Below, in pieces: positions 1 to 12,860 of a stretch of DNA of 64,000 bases. The stretch comes from Azolla caroliniana (Eukaryota; Plantae; Polypodiophyta), in assembly GCA_043228905.1 (NCBI GenBank), contig JBHGNT010000002.1:12710001-12774000 (forward strand), read 5' to 3'. Every line of letters starts with the position of its first letter. Positions within the stretch are counted from its first letter, which is position 1. The position numbers and the translations under genes are program-made. The notes under the pieces were generated by a model that saw only the letters and a program-made list of their open reading frames with translations, did no database searches and was not told the origin of the DNA.

Positions 1-186
1 CTTTTCCACATTTTATCACCACACCAAGCAAAGACGAACGCGTATTTATCGGGAAAAGAAAGTACAATCATCAAACGACGGGTGACAGGTAAAACAAAAG
101 ATGGAAAGGAGATTGTTAAAAACTGACGAAGGCGTGTCATTTAGGAACAGAAGAAGGGGAATAGAGATAACAACTGAGAGAAGGAG

Positions 187-1502
187 AAAGAAAGAAAGAT
201 ATCTTAACGTCTTTTAAGAGGCCAAAATGGCCTATAAGACCAAATAAGAGATTACATCTTAAGTGTTATCTCGTCTTTGAGAACAAATCAAAATAAAATA
301 AATATTACAATGTAAATATAAAAGTAAATAACATGAAAAGAAAAGAAATGAGGGAATCTGGTTTTTGGCACATGTGAGATCCTCAAGTTAGGTATATTGT
401 AGCTTTTGTCTTCGAAAGATCTCTAGCATAGGTCAATCTAGAATGGAAATGTGTCCGAAGCGAGGGAAGCACCTACGGTAGTGGGAGATAATGGCTTTTA
501 TCTATCGATGACAAGGGTGTCGAGGTCGTGGTCCATGGGGCCGTGGCCTACGTGCACGGCAATTTGCCATTGCCCGATCAATTGTAACCCCTTTGTTATG
601 TCCTGGTCTAAAGCCCATTTGTGTATCCCGGGGTTGACTTCTAGCATTAGGAGTGATGGGGCTAAAGAATGTTGTGATTGTTCTTTGTGGATGAGCTTGT
701 GTGGCTGTATTCTTCAACAACTTTTCCCGATGTCTCTTGAGCTCTAGCAAGAAAATTCCTAGGCATCGTTGGACCTCATATTCCATTACCTTGCGTAGTG
801 GGCCAAAGCCTTGTTTAAAGAGGCAATGGTATCTCCCTCTGATTTCATAAAAGACACTACAATAACAAACATAGTGTTCTTCAGATTCCACTCCTTGATG
901 ACACAATTGGCAAATTCTCTCTTCTAGAGGTAGTCGTGTATATCTGCCTACCTCAATCTGTAGCTGATGTGATGAAGTTCGCAGCTGCCCTATCACACTA
1001 CGCAGCACATAGGATAGATGTATGTCCATATAAGGTGGCCTGATAACAAATCCATCCGCCGATGTATGTAAGAAGTGTGTCTTATAGTGGGCCATCTTTG
1101 TACCAAGTGGTATTTTGGGGCTGATCCATGTTATCTTGTTTTCCAAGTTAATAATATCAGTTCGTATCACTCTATTCTTTACCACTTTGGTCATATTTAG
1201 ATGGGGACAGTCCAAGCTATATTGGAACGGGGGTAGTGCATTTATACTCATGCCATGTGACTCGAACGATTGCTGCATTTTAGCATACCAACAATGAGTG
1301 TCTCCATTTTCAGCCAGTTGTTTTGATGACATAAGTACCAACCTTGGGTACCTTCGTTTAGGGAGCTCCCAAAGACGTTGGATAAATGTCACTGATCGGA
1401 ACAACGCCTCGGTTATTATAGGTGCTGCCCCCATCTCTGCCGGGATTATATCGTGGGGCACCGATGCTTTGCTCCTTATCATGCGAGCAATCATTGACAC
1501 TA
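187..1502 (-). mobile_element. LINE family A, 5'-truncated copy (ORF2 C-terminus, 3'UTR, (CTTT)n tail)
   Basis: ORF 502-1500 has the LINE C-terminal motif LRTSSHQLQIEVGRY..RICQLC..ESEEHYVCYC. The 3'UTR recurs five more times in the window. The tail reads aaag repeats at 187-198. Confidence 0.85.
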
Positions 1503-4500
1503 AAGGCCAAAATGGCCTATAAGACCAAACAAGAGATTACATCTTAAGTGTTGTCTCGTCTTTGAGAACAAATCAAAATAAAATAAAAATTACTCAGTAA
1601 ATATATAAGTAAATAAGATAAAAAGAGATGGGTTTTTGGCACATGTGAGATTCTCAAGTTAGATAAATCATAACTTTTGTCTTAGAAAGATCTCTAGCAT
1701 AGGTCAATCTAGAATGGAGAGGTCTCTGAAGCTACTAGGGAAGCACCTACTATGGCGGGAGATAATGGCCTTTATCTGTCGATGACAAGGGTGTTGAGGT
1801 TGTGGTTCATGGAGCCGGTGCCTACGTGCTCTACAAATTTCTATTGCCCGATCTATTGTAATCCCTTTGTTATGTAATTGTCGAGAGGCCATTTGTGTAT
1901 CTCTTGATAGACTTGTAGCATTAGTAGGAGTGATGGGCCTAAAGAAAGTTGTAATTGTTCTTTGTGGATGAGCTTGTGTGGTTGTATTATTGTCCTTCAA
2001 CAATTTTTCCCTATGTCTCTAACTGATTGTTCTTTGTGGATGAGCTTGTGTGGTTGTAATATTATCCTTCAACAATCTTTCTTCTAGAGGTATTCATGTA
2101 TATCTGCCTACATCAATCTCTAACTGATGTGATAAAGTTCGCAACTACCCTATCACACTATGCAACATATAGTATAGATGTATGTCCATATAAGGTGGCT
2201 TGATGATGAATCCATCCTCCGATGTGTGTAAGAAGTGTGTCTTGTAGTGGGCTATCTTTGTACCAAGTGATACTTTGGGGCTGATCCATGTTATCTTGTT
2301 TTCCAAGTTAATAATATCAGTTCGGATCACTATATTCTTTTCCACTTTGGTCATATTTAGATGGGGAGAGTCCAAGCTATATTGGAACAGGGGTCATATT
2401 TATACTTTTCCAAGCTATTCTTTTCCACTTTGGTCATATTTATACTCATGCCATGTGACTCAAACCATAGCTGCATTTCAACATACCAACAATGAATGTC
2501 TCCATTTTCAGCCAATTTTCTTGATGACATAATTGCCAACCTTAGGTACCTTCATTTGGTAAGCTCCAAAAGACGTTGGATACATGTCACTAATCGGAAC
2601 AATGCCTCGGTGATTATGGGTGCCACTCCCATCTCTGCCTGGATTATATCATGGGACACCAATGCTTTAGGGTTTAGGGTTTAGGGTTTAGGTTTGGTCA
2701 TATTTATACTCATGCCATGTGACTCAAACCATAGCTGCATTTCAACATACCAACAATGAATGTCTCCATTTTCAGCCAATTTTCTTGATGACATAATTGC
2801 CAACCTTAGGTACCTTCATTTGGTAAGCTCCAAAAGACGTTGGATACATGTCACTAATCGGAACAATGCCTCGGTGATTATGGGTGCCACTCCCATCTCT
2901 GCCTGGATTATATCATGGGACACCAATGCTTTGCTCCTTATCATACAAGCAATCATTGACACTAAAGATCTCTCTAAATCTTTCCAATGATTTACCTTGT
3001 TAAGACTCAGTCCCTACGTTTCTACTCCATAGAGAAGAGTTGGTATGACAAGTGTATCAAATAACCACAACTTAGTTCATGGCTCTTGGAACTGCAAATG
3101 TGCACATTGTCTCTTGAGAGCACCAAGAGCTGCATATCCACGAAAAAGTCGGGCACAAGCAGCCTCCTGTAAGGAGAACCTAGGCCCTGTAAATGTTACT
3201 CCTAGGTATGTGTATGAGCGTGTGTATTTAGTGGACATCCTTGCTTCACTCCGATTGTGCTAGCCACTGCCTTTAACAAACCCTTGGAAGACCGCAGTTT
3301 TCCTGACTCATAGAGTGCATAGATTCCCCATTGCATATGTGTAGGAACACCAAGGGCTTCAAGCCGCTGCATAAGCCAACCACGTGGCACAGTGTCAAAG
3401 GCTTTTCGGAAATCCACAAAGCAGCAATAAATCCTCTTATTATGGGTTCTGCCCTCCTCAATAAGCGCCCGGACAGTCAAAATATGTGATCCAATGTTGT
3501 GAACCCCTTCCAAAAGCCTGCCAGTCCAGCTGAACAACATCAATTCCACTCTGCCCATATACTCAATTCTAATTCTAGAATCGAGCCATATAGTTTAGAC
3601 AAGTAATGGCCAATCATGATTGTCCTATAGTTGCTTGGCATCATGGGGTCTCCACTGTTGAGGATTGGCACAATGGTATGTTGAGTCCATCTAGTAGGGA
3701 AACCTTCACACATGGCTCTATTAAAGATGTGTGCTAGCAATGGAAGCAAGGTGTCACGGGCATAGATAAAGTGCTCACCCACCAATCCATCATGATCTTG
3801 GGCCTTCCCAAATTGTAGTCGATCAATGGTATTTCTTCCATTGTGGAGTAAAAAAGGTTGATTCATGTGGGCGTGAGCCATGTGGGTGTGGAGGAGGAAT
3901 TTGCCTTGGGATATCATATAGAACCTTTGCATATTCATGCCATACTTGAGGTGAGGTGAGGTCAATTGTGTGGTAGGTTGCCTCTCATTAAACATTTTCC
4001 ATGCTCTTTTACTTTCTTGTCCTAGAAACAAGTGATACAAATGATCTTCAAATTTAGCCAAATACAATCTCTTCTTCTTCCTTACGAGGCGTTGGAAGGT
4101 TGCTCTCGCTTGTTTGTGGGTATAAATGCCCCGAGTTACATCACGTTGTAAGCGTCTCCTTGTATCATGACATTCCCAATCATACCAACTATTTTGTATT
4201 ACTCTACCAAGTTTGGGGGGATTGGCCGTTGTGTGAGGGAAGGCATTTGTGGCTGCTTTATGCAATGATTTCGACAATCCTTGGGTAAGTTCTTCAAGGG
4301 GTGCGAAAGGATTCAAATCTAGCATGCCATTGTATACACCACAACTATACACATAAATTGTCTCGCGAGTAAATAGATACTTAGCCAACCCACTCTCCTT
4401 AGCATATACAGCCTTTGTGCATCCATCCTTTACCTCGAAGTGTAGATATGCATGATCTGCTGCCAAGCCAATAGGTCTACCCGATATAGTGAACACTTTA

Positions 4501-4788
4501 TTTCAGGTACAAGAGATGGAGATCCCATTAGATAGTCGGTTGTGCTTGCACCCCCTTTTGGGTTCCAACATGTCAAAGCATCTGATCCAAGCCATTGTGA
4601 CAAGCCATTATATAACGCAAATCCATGCGCACTTCCCAAGGCTAGAAAGTGTTTTCCATATTCAGTTATAGCACTCATATCTTGAGCTTCTCGCTATAGA
4701 CCAACCTCTTCTGCCATAACTTCTCCATAAACAGCCTCGTTGGAGTTAAACATGGTTGTTTGTTCATCCTTGGTTCGTGCATTAAAAT
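1503..4788 (-). mobile_element. LINE family A, degenerate copy (APE C-terminus, RT, C-terminal region, 3'UTR)
   Basis: RT motifs CCFVDFRKAFDTVPR, GVKQGCP and NYRTIMIG; APE end (STTDYLM, AADHAYL). Many frameshifts and internal duplications. The 3' part parallels 217-1500. Confidence 0.85.
2666..2692 (+). repeat. Interstitial plant telomere repeat (TTTAGGG)x3 + TTTAGG
   Basis: Read directly; lies between direct copies 2429-2668 and 2693-2932. Confidence 0.9.
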
Positions 4789-4789
4789 T

Positions 4790-7080
4790 TCATGGTGGAG
4801 AGTTTATCTGCCAAGCATTCCACCATTTTTGCTCTCAACGAGACATTTCTCGCCGATTTTCTACACCCAATACTCCTCGACAAAATGGTGTTGTGGAGGG
4901 GAAGAATCGGACAGTCCAAGAGATGGCTCGTACAATGCTATCTCAATCTACTCTTCCTCTCTCGTTTTGGGGGGAAGCTGTCAACACAGCAGTCTACATC
5001 ATCAACTGCTGCCCAACAAAAGGAACTGTTGCAATGACCCCTGCAGAAGTATTTACGAGTGTAAAGCCCTCAGTATCTCATTTTAAAGTCTTTGTGATCC
5101 TTATGTTCACATTTCAGATCATAAAAGGACTAAATTTGAGTCCAAAACCAAAGAAATGCAAATTTCTTGGTTACAGCACATAATGTAAAGTCTACAGGTT
5201 ATGGGATTTAGAATCAAAGTCCCTAGTCATCTCTAGGGTTGTTCATTTTATGGAGTCTCAGCTGGATGACTCTAGGATTTTACCTGAGTTCATGGTTGAA
5301 ATCCCAGCTCCTCTAGAATCTCCTATTTTAGACGAACATGTCTCACCTTCAAGCCCCCCATCACCTCCTACTCAATCTCTAACTTCACCAACAATTCAAA
5401 CCTCCCTCAACTCCACTCGTTTCCCCTCCCTCTACAGACCAGCTTCCACCACTTCCCAAGTGGCTTCAAGCCACCATTCGTGATTCTCATTTCTCCGATG
5501 CTGAACTTTATGAGTATACATCTGGTTCTCCAACCAACATGAAAAGAACACGTATGTCATAATGACCTCTTCACTCATGCAACTTCTCCTTACTGTGCAT
5601 TGTTGTGCAATCAAAAGAACATACAACAGAAAAAGAGGCCCTTGTTCTTCCAAACTGGAAAGCAACAATGGACGTTGAACTTGGTTCCATTGAGTGGAAT
5701 CATACATGGGAGCTGGTTTCACGTCCTCAACATCGACAAGTCATTGGACTGAAATGGATTTTCAAGACCAAGTACCATGCTGATAGTTGCAAAAGGCTAC
5801 TCACAAATCGAAGGAGTGGATTACGAGGAAACTTTTGCTCCAACAGCAAGGTACACCTCTATTCGATGTGCGCTTGCACTTACTGCTCACAACAAATGGC
5901 CCATCTTTCAAATCCATGTCATGTCGGCCTTCCTTAATGGTGACTTGAAAGAGGAGGTTTATGTTGAACAGCCTCCAAGTGTCGAGATTTCAAAGCAGAA
6001 AAACATGGTCTATAGGTTACATAAAGCCTTGTATGCCTTAAAGCAAGCTCCCAAAGCTTGGCATGACAAAATTGATACCTTTTTTCTCTCACTTGGGTTT
6101 AAGCACTGTCATGCTGACAGCTATATCTATGTCTTTTCCCAAGAAAATCTGCTATGCTTGATCAGGTTATATGTTGATGACCTTCTAATTACAAGGTCTC
6201 TTGTTTCTAAAATCAAAGAGCTCTATGCTAACCGCGAAACCACATTCGAAATGACTGATCTGAGACTTCTCCATTACTTCATAGGTATGGAGGTCTATCA
6301 ATCACATGGTGGTATCTTCCTCAGCCAACATAGGTATCTCAGGCAGCTTCTTGAGACCTATGGCATGTCAAATTGCAAGCCACTCTCTTGTCCGATGGAT
6401 CCTAACTCAAAGCTATCTCGTGAAGATTCTCCCATATTTTAAGATATCACCAATGATAGACGGTTAATTGGGTCTCTTCTTCACTTAACTTACACCATGC
6501 CTGATTTGTCCTATACATCTGGCTATTGTTTTATGTTAGGTTCAGGCTTGATTTCTTGGAAATCGGAGAAGCAAAACTCAATTTCAACTTCATCCACGGA
6601 AGTTGAATATCGAGCCTACTTGGATACTTGCTGTGAGTTGCTATGGTTAATGCAATTGTTTTCTCACATTGGTGTTTTGCAAGACTCTCCTATTGCAGTT
6701 TTCACCGGCACCCAAAGTGCATGTGCCTTGGCACATAACTCAGCATTTCATGGTAGAACAAAAAATATCGAAGTGCACTACCATTTTGTTCGTGAATTAG
6801 TGAAATCACAAGTCATCAACTTGGGATGTTGTCTTACTGAAGAAAATGTGGCTGATTTATTTACTAAGCCACTTCCAAGGCAAGCCATTGATAAGCTCCT
6901 CAGTCAACTCAATGTTGGACCGCCGTTCTAGAGCTGAGAGGAGGTGTTGGAGGGTGCCAACTCTAGACCTACACTCTCTTTCATCTTTATTATCTCTGTT
7001 CTACATTCTCTCTCTTCCTAGATTCTTCTCTCTCTAGAACCTATAACTCTTTAAATGTCTTCTCTCTCTAGAATCTGCAA
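4790..7080 (+). mobile_element. Ty1/copia remnant (INT core, RT, RNase H, PPT, start of 3' LTR)
   Basis: TPRQNGVVE, SAFLNGDLKEEVYVEQP, LYVDDL and RTKNIEVHYHFVRE. PPT GAGAGGAGG is followed by TGTTGG at 6945. Confidence 0.85.
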
Positions 7081-7084
7081 CGCT

Positions 7085-7237
7085 TTAAAATAAATATTAA
7101 ATGCTTTAATAATTACTTTATTTTGATTTGTTCTCAACAATGAGACAACACTTAAGATGTAATCTCTTATTTGGTCTTATAGGCCATTTTGGCCTCTTAA
7201 AAGACGTTAATATTTCTTTCTTTCTTTCTTTCTTTTC
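7085..7237 (+). mobile_element. LINE family A, isolated 3' end
   Basis: Reverse complement of 187-320, ending in (TTTC)n. Confidence 0.85.
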
Positions 7238-7545
7238 TTCCAATGTTTCCAAGATATTCCCTCTTATTTCTAGTTTATTGTACCTCTTTGGTAGTACAAG
7301 AGTCACTTAACTACCAAACAACCATTTCACCCACTTTCCCCAATTTTGTATAAATTGGTTATACCGGCCTCTTTTGTAAAGACTTTACTTTTGTTGCTAC
7401 TTAAAAACAAGCTCTATTCTTTGGCTGTGTCTCTACTCTTTGCAACCATTTTTTCAACTGCTGTCTAACAGCCTTCGCACAGCTTGGCTGTGTCTATTTT
7501 GTTCCAACAACTATTCCGCTGCTGCTATTAACAGCTTTTCTCACA

Positions 7546-8650
7546 AGAGTACCCCACAAATACACATTTCACAGCTTTAGGATCAAGCTTTCCTACAGAT
7601 GGTCTATTGTCCATTGCAAAACACACACATCCAAACACCTTCAAAGGAAAGATCCCAGAGTTATCTCCTTGCAACAACTCATAGGGAGACTTCCACTCCA
7701 ATACTCTAGAGGGCATTCTATTGATCAATGGCGGCAGCCGTCAAAACTGCCTGTCCCAACAGCTGCTTTGGGACATTCATAGAAATCGTTATGCTTCTTG
7801 TTACCTCTAGAAGATGTTTGTTCTTTCTCTCTGCTACTCCAAATTTGTGCCGGTGTATATGGGCATGTAGTTTGATGTTGTATTCCTTGATCTGACATGT
7901 ATGCCCTAAATGTAATGTTGGCATACTCCGTTCCATTATCAGACCTCAACACCTTTACTACTGCACCATATTGAGTTTGAACAGCTCTATGAAAATCTTT
8001 AAAGCAAGCAAATACTTCATTCTTATTTTTCATCAAATATAACCAAATAACACGAGAGAAGTAATCAATGAGAAAGACAAAATATCTATATCCATTAATA
8101 GAACTTGTGGAACACGGTCCCCAAAAATCCTATGACCTGAACTAACATACGAGCTTTTAGTATGCTTACCAAATTCACATGCATCACAAACAAGTTTCGA
8201 TTTATCAGCCTTTTCAAAAAGGTGTGTATACACCTGACTCAAAACCCCATAAGAGGTATGTCCCATACGTTGGTGGTAAAGCATCAACAAGTCCTCACAA
8301 CTCATTTTAGACCCCCTTACATCTGTTCCCTCTACCATAGATGCTAATGCTGAATCCAGCACTTCACAATCCAAATACCATAGTCCAATATGCCATGTGC
8401 CAGTCCCGAGTCTTCGACCTATCCCTTTCTCTTGGAATGTCACCTTGGGAATATCAAAAGAAACAACACATTTTAGTTGGAGTATGATAGAACTTATGGA
8501 TTAAAGGTTTACTTGGAAAGAAGGAGCATGCAACACATTAGACAATGTCACAGAGTCGGTACATCTCACTGTACCTATACCAACTACAGGTTGTGTTGTT
8601 CCGTCAGCAGTTTGAATGCTCTCTACATTCTCAACAGATGCCCAGGGCTG
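7546..8650 (-). mobile_element. Ty1/copia fragment (protease end, GAG-pre-integrase, integrase)
   Basis: HQRMGH..CDACEFGKH, LRSDNGTEY and KLDPKAVKCVFVGYS, with frameshifts. Confidence 0.85.
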
Positions 8651-8659
8651 GACAACGTT

Positions 8660-9932
8660 TGACGATTGAGGTCCCACAAATGGAGTGGCAGGAGGAGAGT
8701 CCTCGTAGAGCCGACAAAACAGAACATAGGCAAAGAAGGCCGAAACAGCATCGGCTACGACGGGTGTAACCACCACATTTGCAGCAGTGGAGATGACCAT
8801 AGTGGTCGAACAAGAAACAGCCGAGGATGCAGATCATAGAGTTGGTCTAGAAGGGCCAACAAAGAATCCGGCTGAGAATGCCAGCCGACCGACCAAATAA
8901 GGGGTCAAGAAGGAAGTGCCCAAGAAGAAGCGTGTCGCTTTGACTAATGCAAACAGGCGATTGACACATGGAAATGGGAAGGGGCTTGGCACAGAGTCCG
9001 ACCCAGTAGAGAACAAAGAGGCGAACAAACAGCAAGAAACGGTTGTGCCAAATCCGACTGTAGAGGGACACGAGGAAGAGACCACACTCGTAAGAACCCG
9101 AACCAATGTTTCCAAAGGGAAGGAAGTAAAGGATCAAGCATCCGCAATGTCAGTTGACACAGTGCTGAGATTTCCGAATATTCCAGGGGCAGCTCATGAA
9201 TTGGCTGCTATTCTATAATTCAGCACAAGCTACAAGCTTGTGGAGTGGCTAGGTCAACAAACAACTTTTGCAGCATCCCAACTTGCAAAGGAGCATGAGG
9301 GACGGGAGATGATAAATAAAGCAATGGCCAGAGGGACCAGGATGAAAAAGCATACCTGGCCTGGAATAGAAATGCCGACACTAAATATGGCATTGGTCTA
9401 AGTGCATCAGGAGCTAGCAGGAACTAGAATAGCAGCAAATTATATGGCTTGAGTATGTAAGAGGACAAGAAAAGGGGCCGAACATGTAGCTAAGCAGTGG
9501 ATGCAGGCCAATGAGAAAATTAAGATTTTGGAAGATAAGTTACAGAAGGCCAAAGAGAATATATAGAAGGCAGAAAAAGCCACAGTTCAAAATGATGAGC
9601 CGGCAAGCAACAACAATGAAAGGTTGCTAGAAGAATTACCGGAGCAAACGGCCATAGCCAAAAAAGCGAAGACAATAAACAAAATGGTCGAAGACGAAGT
9701 TAATCGGCTAAGACAAGAAATGAGGCAGTCAAAAGAGCAGGAACACAAAGCGCGAGTTCAGGCCGAAAGAAGATTAAAAGAAAGAAAAGCCGAATTCGAT
9801 AAATTAAATCAAGAGCATCATGAGCTAATAAAAGTGTTCGAACAGCATGACGGCATTAGAGCAAGCTAGGATCAAGATCAAAGATCAGGAAGAAGCCCTA
9901 CAGAAACAAATGGCGTTGTTCGTAGAAGAAGT
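8660..9932 (+). pseudogene. Fragment of a gypsy post-integrase accessory coiled-coil ORF
   Basis: FPNIPGAAHELAAIL*FSTSYKLVEWL matches FSDIPTTAHELAAILQFGTSYELVEWL at 63091-63516; followed by a coiled-coil tail. Confidence 0.7.
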
Positions 9933-9934
9933 AG

Positions 9935-10310
9935 AAACAAACAAACAAACAAACAAGAAAGATATATTAACGTCTTTTAAGAGGCCAAAATGGCCTATAA
10001 GACCAAATAAGAGATTACATCTTAAGTGTTGTCTCTTCTTTGAGAACAAATCAAAATAAAATAAATACTACAATGTAAATATAAAAGTAAATAAGATGAA
10101 AAGAGAAGAAATGAGGGAATCTAGTTTTTGGCACATGTGAGATTCTCAAGTTAGGTATATTGTAGCTTTTGTCTTCGAAAGATCTCTAGCATAGGTCGAT
10201 CCTGAATGGAAATGTCTCCGAAGCGAGGGAAGCACCTACAACGGCGGGAGATAATGGCTTTTATCTGTCGAGGCGATGGTCCATGGGGCCCGCCTACGTG
10301 CACGACAATT
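9935..10310 (-). mobile_element. LINE family A, 3' end with (TTTG)n tail
   Basis: Near copy of 187-565; tail reads aaac repeats. Confidence 0.85.
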
Positions 10311-10860
10311 TCCATCCGTTTTACCCAAGATAACAGATTTCACCATCTCCATCCGTTTTACCCAAGATAACAATTACTCGATGGAATCTCCATCCGTTTT
10401 ACCCAAGATAACAGATTTCACCATCTCTAGTGGACATATTAGTTTGGCAATGAACAACGGACATGCTAAGAACGGAATGGATTTGACAATGGTTCATCAC
10501 AATGGTCCCAGTCAGATGGGTTTGACATGTGGGAACACCAAGGGAGGTGCAACCACATTTAATTACTTGATGGTATCTCCATCCGTTTTACCCAAGATAA
10601 CAGATTTCACCATCTCTAGTGGACATATTAGTTTGGCAATGAACAACGGACATGCTAAGAACGGAATGGATTTGACAATGGTTCATCACAATGGTCCCAG
10701 TCAGATGGGTTTGACATGTGGGAACACCAAGGGAGGTGCAACCACATTCAATTACTTGATGGAATCTCCATCCGTTTTACCTGAGATAACAGATTTCACC
10801 ATCTCTAGTGGACATATTAGTTTGCAATGAACAATGAACATGCTAAGAACGGAATGGGAA
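10311..10860 (+). repeat. 189-bp tandem repeat (~2.5 units plus short partial units) built from a LINE endonuclease fragment
   Basis: Units start at 10381, 10570 and 10759. GLTCGNTKGGATTFNYLMESPSVLPKITDFTISSG resembles LINE-A ALTCWNPKGGASTTDYLMGSPSLVPEIK..FTISG. Confidence 0.8.
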
Positions 10861-11017
10861 TGCTAAGTACCAGGACGAGAGCCACAGGAGAAAGAAAGGT
10901 GCCAAATATTATTAGTGATTGTAGCAAGGTCGACAGTTTTAGTTCAAGTAGGCTTTAATCAGGTAAGAGGTAGGAGTCTTCACAAAAGAACATCTAGCAT
11001 GACATGATTTTACTATG

Positions 11018-11052
11018 TTACAGGCAATACACCTCAGTAAGCTTATCTGAAC
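11018..11052 (-). CDS. SNX2: Sorting nexin 2-like, probable last exon
   Basis: TTTTTCAG acceptor. With the GTATGA donor it reads QV-CSDKLTEVYCL*, resembling QVGYAEK..NVW. Confidence 0.5.
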
Positions 11053-11149
11053 CTGAAAAACATCAATGAATTATATCAAATCAAGTCAACTACATTATTA
11101 ACCAACCCTAAACTCAGCACAGAAGATATCGTATCTTTGATGATCATAC

Positions 11150-11240
11150 AAACCTGAGTGTGAACAAATCCTTTGATCATCTCCAAGAAACTCCGCTGCT
11201 TGTCTGAATCAAAATGCTCTAGTTCACTTCTGTTGATTTC
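11150..11240 (-). CDS. SNX2: Sorting nexin 2-like, exon 4
   Basis: EINRSELEHFDSDKQRSFLEMIKGFVHTQ matches the SNX2 C-terminus. The donor is either after 11154 (GTTTGT) or after 11150 (GTATGA). Confidence 0.8.
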
Positions 11241-11749
11241 CTGGAAATATCACTTCGCAATCAGATACAAAACAGTATGAACAGCTGCCAACAGACTTAA
11301 ATACGGAAGGCAGAACACATTGATCACCAAATATTAAATTTTTCAGCAAAACATAGCTATTTAACCTGAAAAAGAATTTTCTTTTACAGTCAATAGTTTT
11401 CATATATTGTAGTTTCATTTCAAAATAGTTCAATTTCAAATTCTTGCACAGAATTTATATGCACACAAACCACAAGATGAATCAATTTGGCAGTCTTTTC
11501 AGATGTACATGCTGTTGGATATAATTGCTTGCAACTTGAGAATTGCCTTTTCAGGACAAGACTAATCTCATAAAACAACGTTTTATAATTTCCAGCAAAT
11601 TCCCAAACTAAGTAATTGTCCACTATGAATTCAGAGAGTTTATGTGTGCAAGGCTCACAAAATGAATCAATTTAGTGAGCTTGGGTTCATGTCTCATAAA
11701 TTTCAATAGTTACATGCATAAAAACATTAAAGAGTAAATGTGAGATCTT

Positions 11750-11835
11750 GCTGGAAATTGAAATTGGTTATTTTTCATTCTCGATCTTCATCTTCGACAT
11801 GAAGTGGTTCAAGATGATTTGCTAACGACACAATG
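11750..11835. repeat. Left arm of a diverged ~85-bp inverted repeat (partner 20330-20416)
   Basis: cattctcgatcttcatcttcgacatgaagtggttcaagat here versus the reverse complement of atcttaaaccacctcatgtccaagatgaagatcgagaatg. Confidence 0.75.
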
Positions 11836-12143
11836 ATATATATAGTCTTAACAGATGCTGGTGTTTTTTTGCAACCAACTTCACCAAACATTGGACAAAC
11901 ACAAAAAACACAGGCATTTCCCGAACAATGTGATCAAGTTACATATTACTTGAGTGAAGTGGATCCCAAAGGGTCATTCATTATCCAAGTATGATGTTGC
12001 GTTCTGCATGGACGTAACTGCTGCTGTGTTTACGACCACACAGAACGCAGAAACACAGTACACACAGCAGCAAACACTCTACCTACAGCAACAGACGACA
12101 CAAACGAAAGCAATCTAACCACAACAAACAACACAGCGAGGAC

Positions 12144-12780
12144 ATGCCGATCAAAATTTCTGCAGAGTTGCGCGACTGGTTACAGAACCATGGTCTCGGT
12201 GGTTATATACGCATCGCCGAAGCACCACCACACCCGAAAGCAATGGATGTCGGCAGAAAGAAAGAAAGAAAGATATATTAACATCTTTTCAGAGGCCAAA
12301 ATGGCCTATAAGACCAAATAAGAGATTACATCTTAAGTGTTGTCTCGTCTTTGAGAACAAATCAAAATATAATAAATATTACACAGTAAATATAAAAGTA
12401 AATAACATGAAAAGAAAATTAATGAGGGAATCTGGTTTTTGGCACATGTGAGATACTCAAGTTCGATAGCTTTTGTCTTCGAAAGATCTCTAGCATAGGT
12501 TGATCCAGAATGGAAATGTCTCCGAAGCGAGGGAAGCAGAGAGGTCAACATAGACCGACTCACAAACAAACACATCCAACAAATCTTGAACTTACTAAAT
12601 GAAGGAGCCAATGAAATGGACACCCCAGAGAAAGAAATTTTTGAATCCTATTTCGGAGAATTCTCAAGTTCAGCAAAGGCATACAGGACACATGGCGGCC
12701 CTAATCTGTTCTTTAGGGAACTCGCAAAATTTGTACTGGAAGTGGGATATTTACATCCAAAAACATATTGCATGCCCAAG
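12144..12780 (+). pseudogene. N-terminal fragment of the gypsy accessory ORF, split by a LINE 3' end
   Basis: ISAELRDWLQNHGLGGYIRIAEAPPHP and ESYFGEFSSSAKAYRTHGG..EVGYLHPKTYCMPK match 62197-62637. Confidence 0.75.
12257..12537 (-). mobile_element. LINE family A, short 3' end
   Basis: Copy of 187-470 with an (aaag)n tail; GCAGA on both flanks. Confidence 0.85.
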
Positions 12781-12782
12781 AA

Positions 12783-12860
12783 CATCAGCATGGTACTTCA
12801 TCTAAAGTACCATCAGCATGGTACTTTATCCAAAGTACCATCAGCATGGTACTTCATCTT
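12783..12860. repeat. 28-bp tandem triplication at a gypsy/copia junction
   Basis: catcagcatggtactt starts at 12783, 12811 and 12839. Confidence 0.85.

Noticed and set aside
2666-2692. True chromosome end or fusion point
   Set aside because: Only ~27 bp, in a single orientation, inside a LINE duplication.
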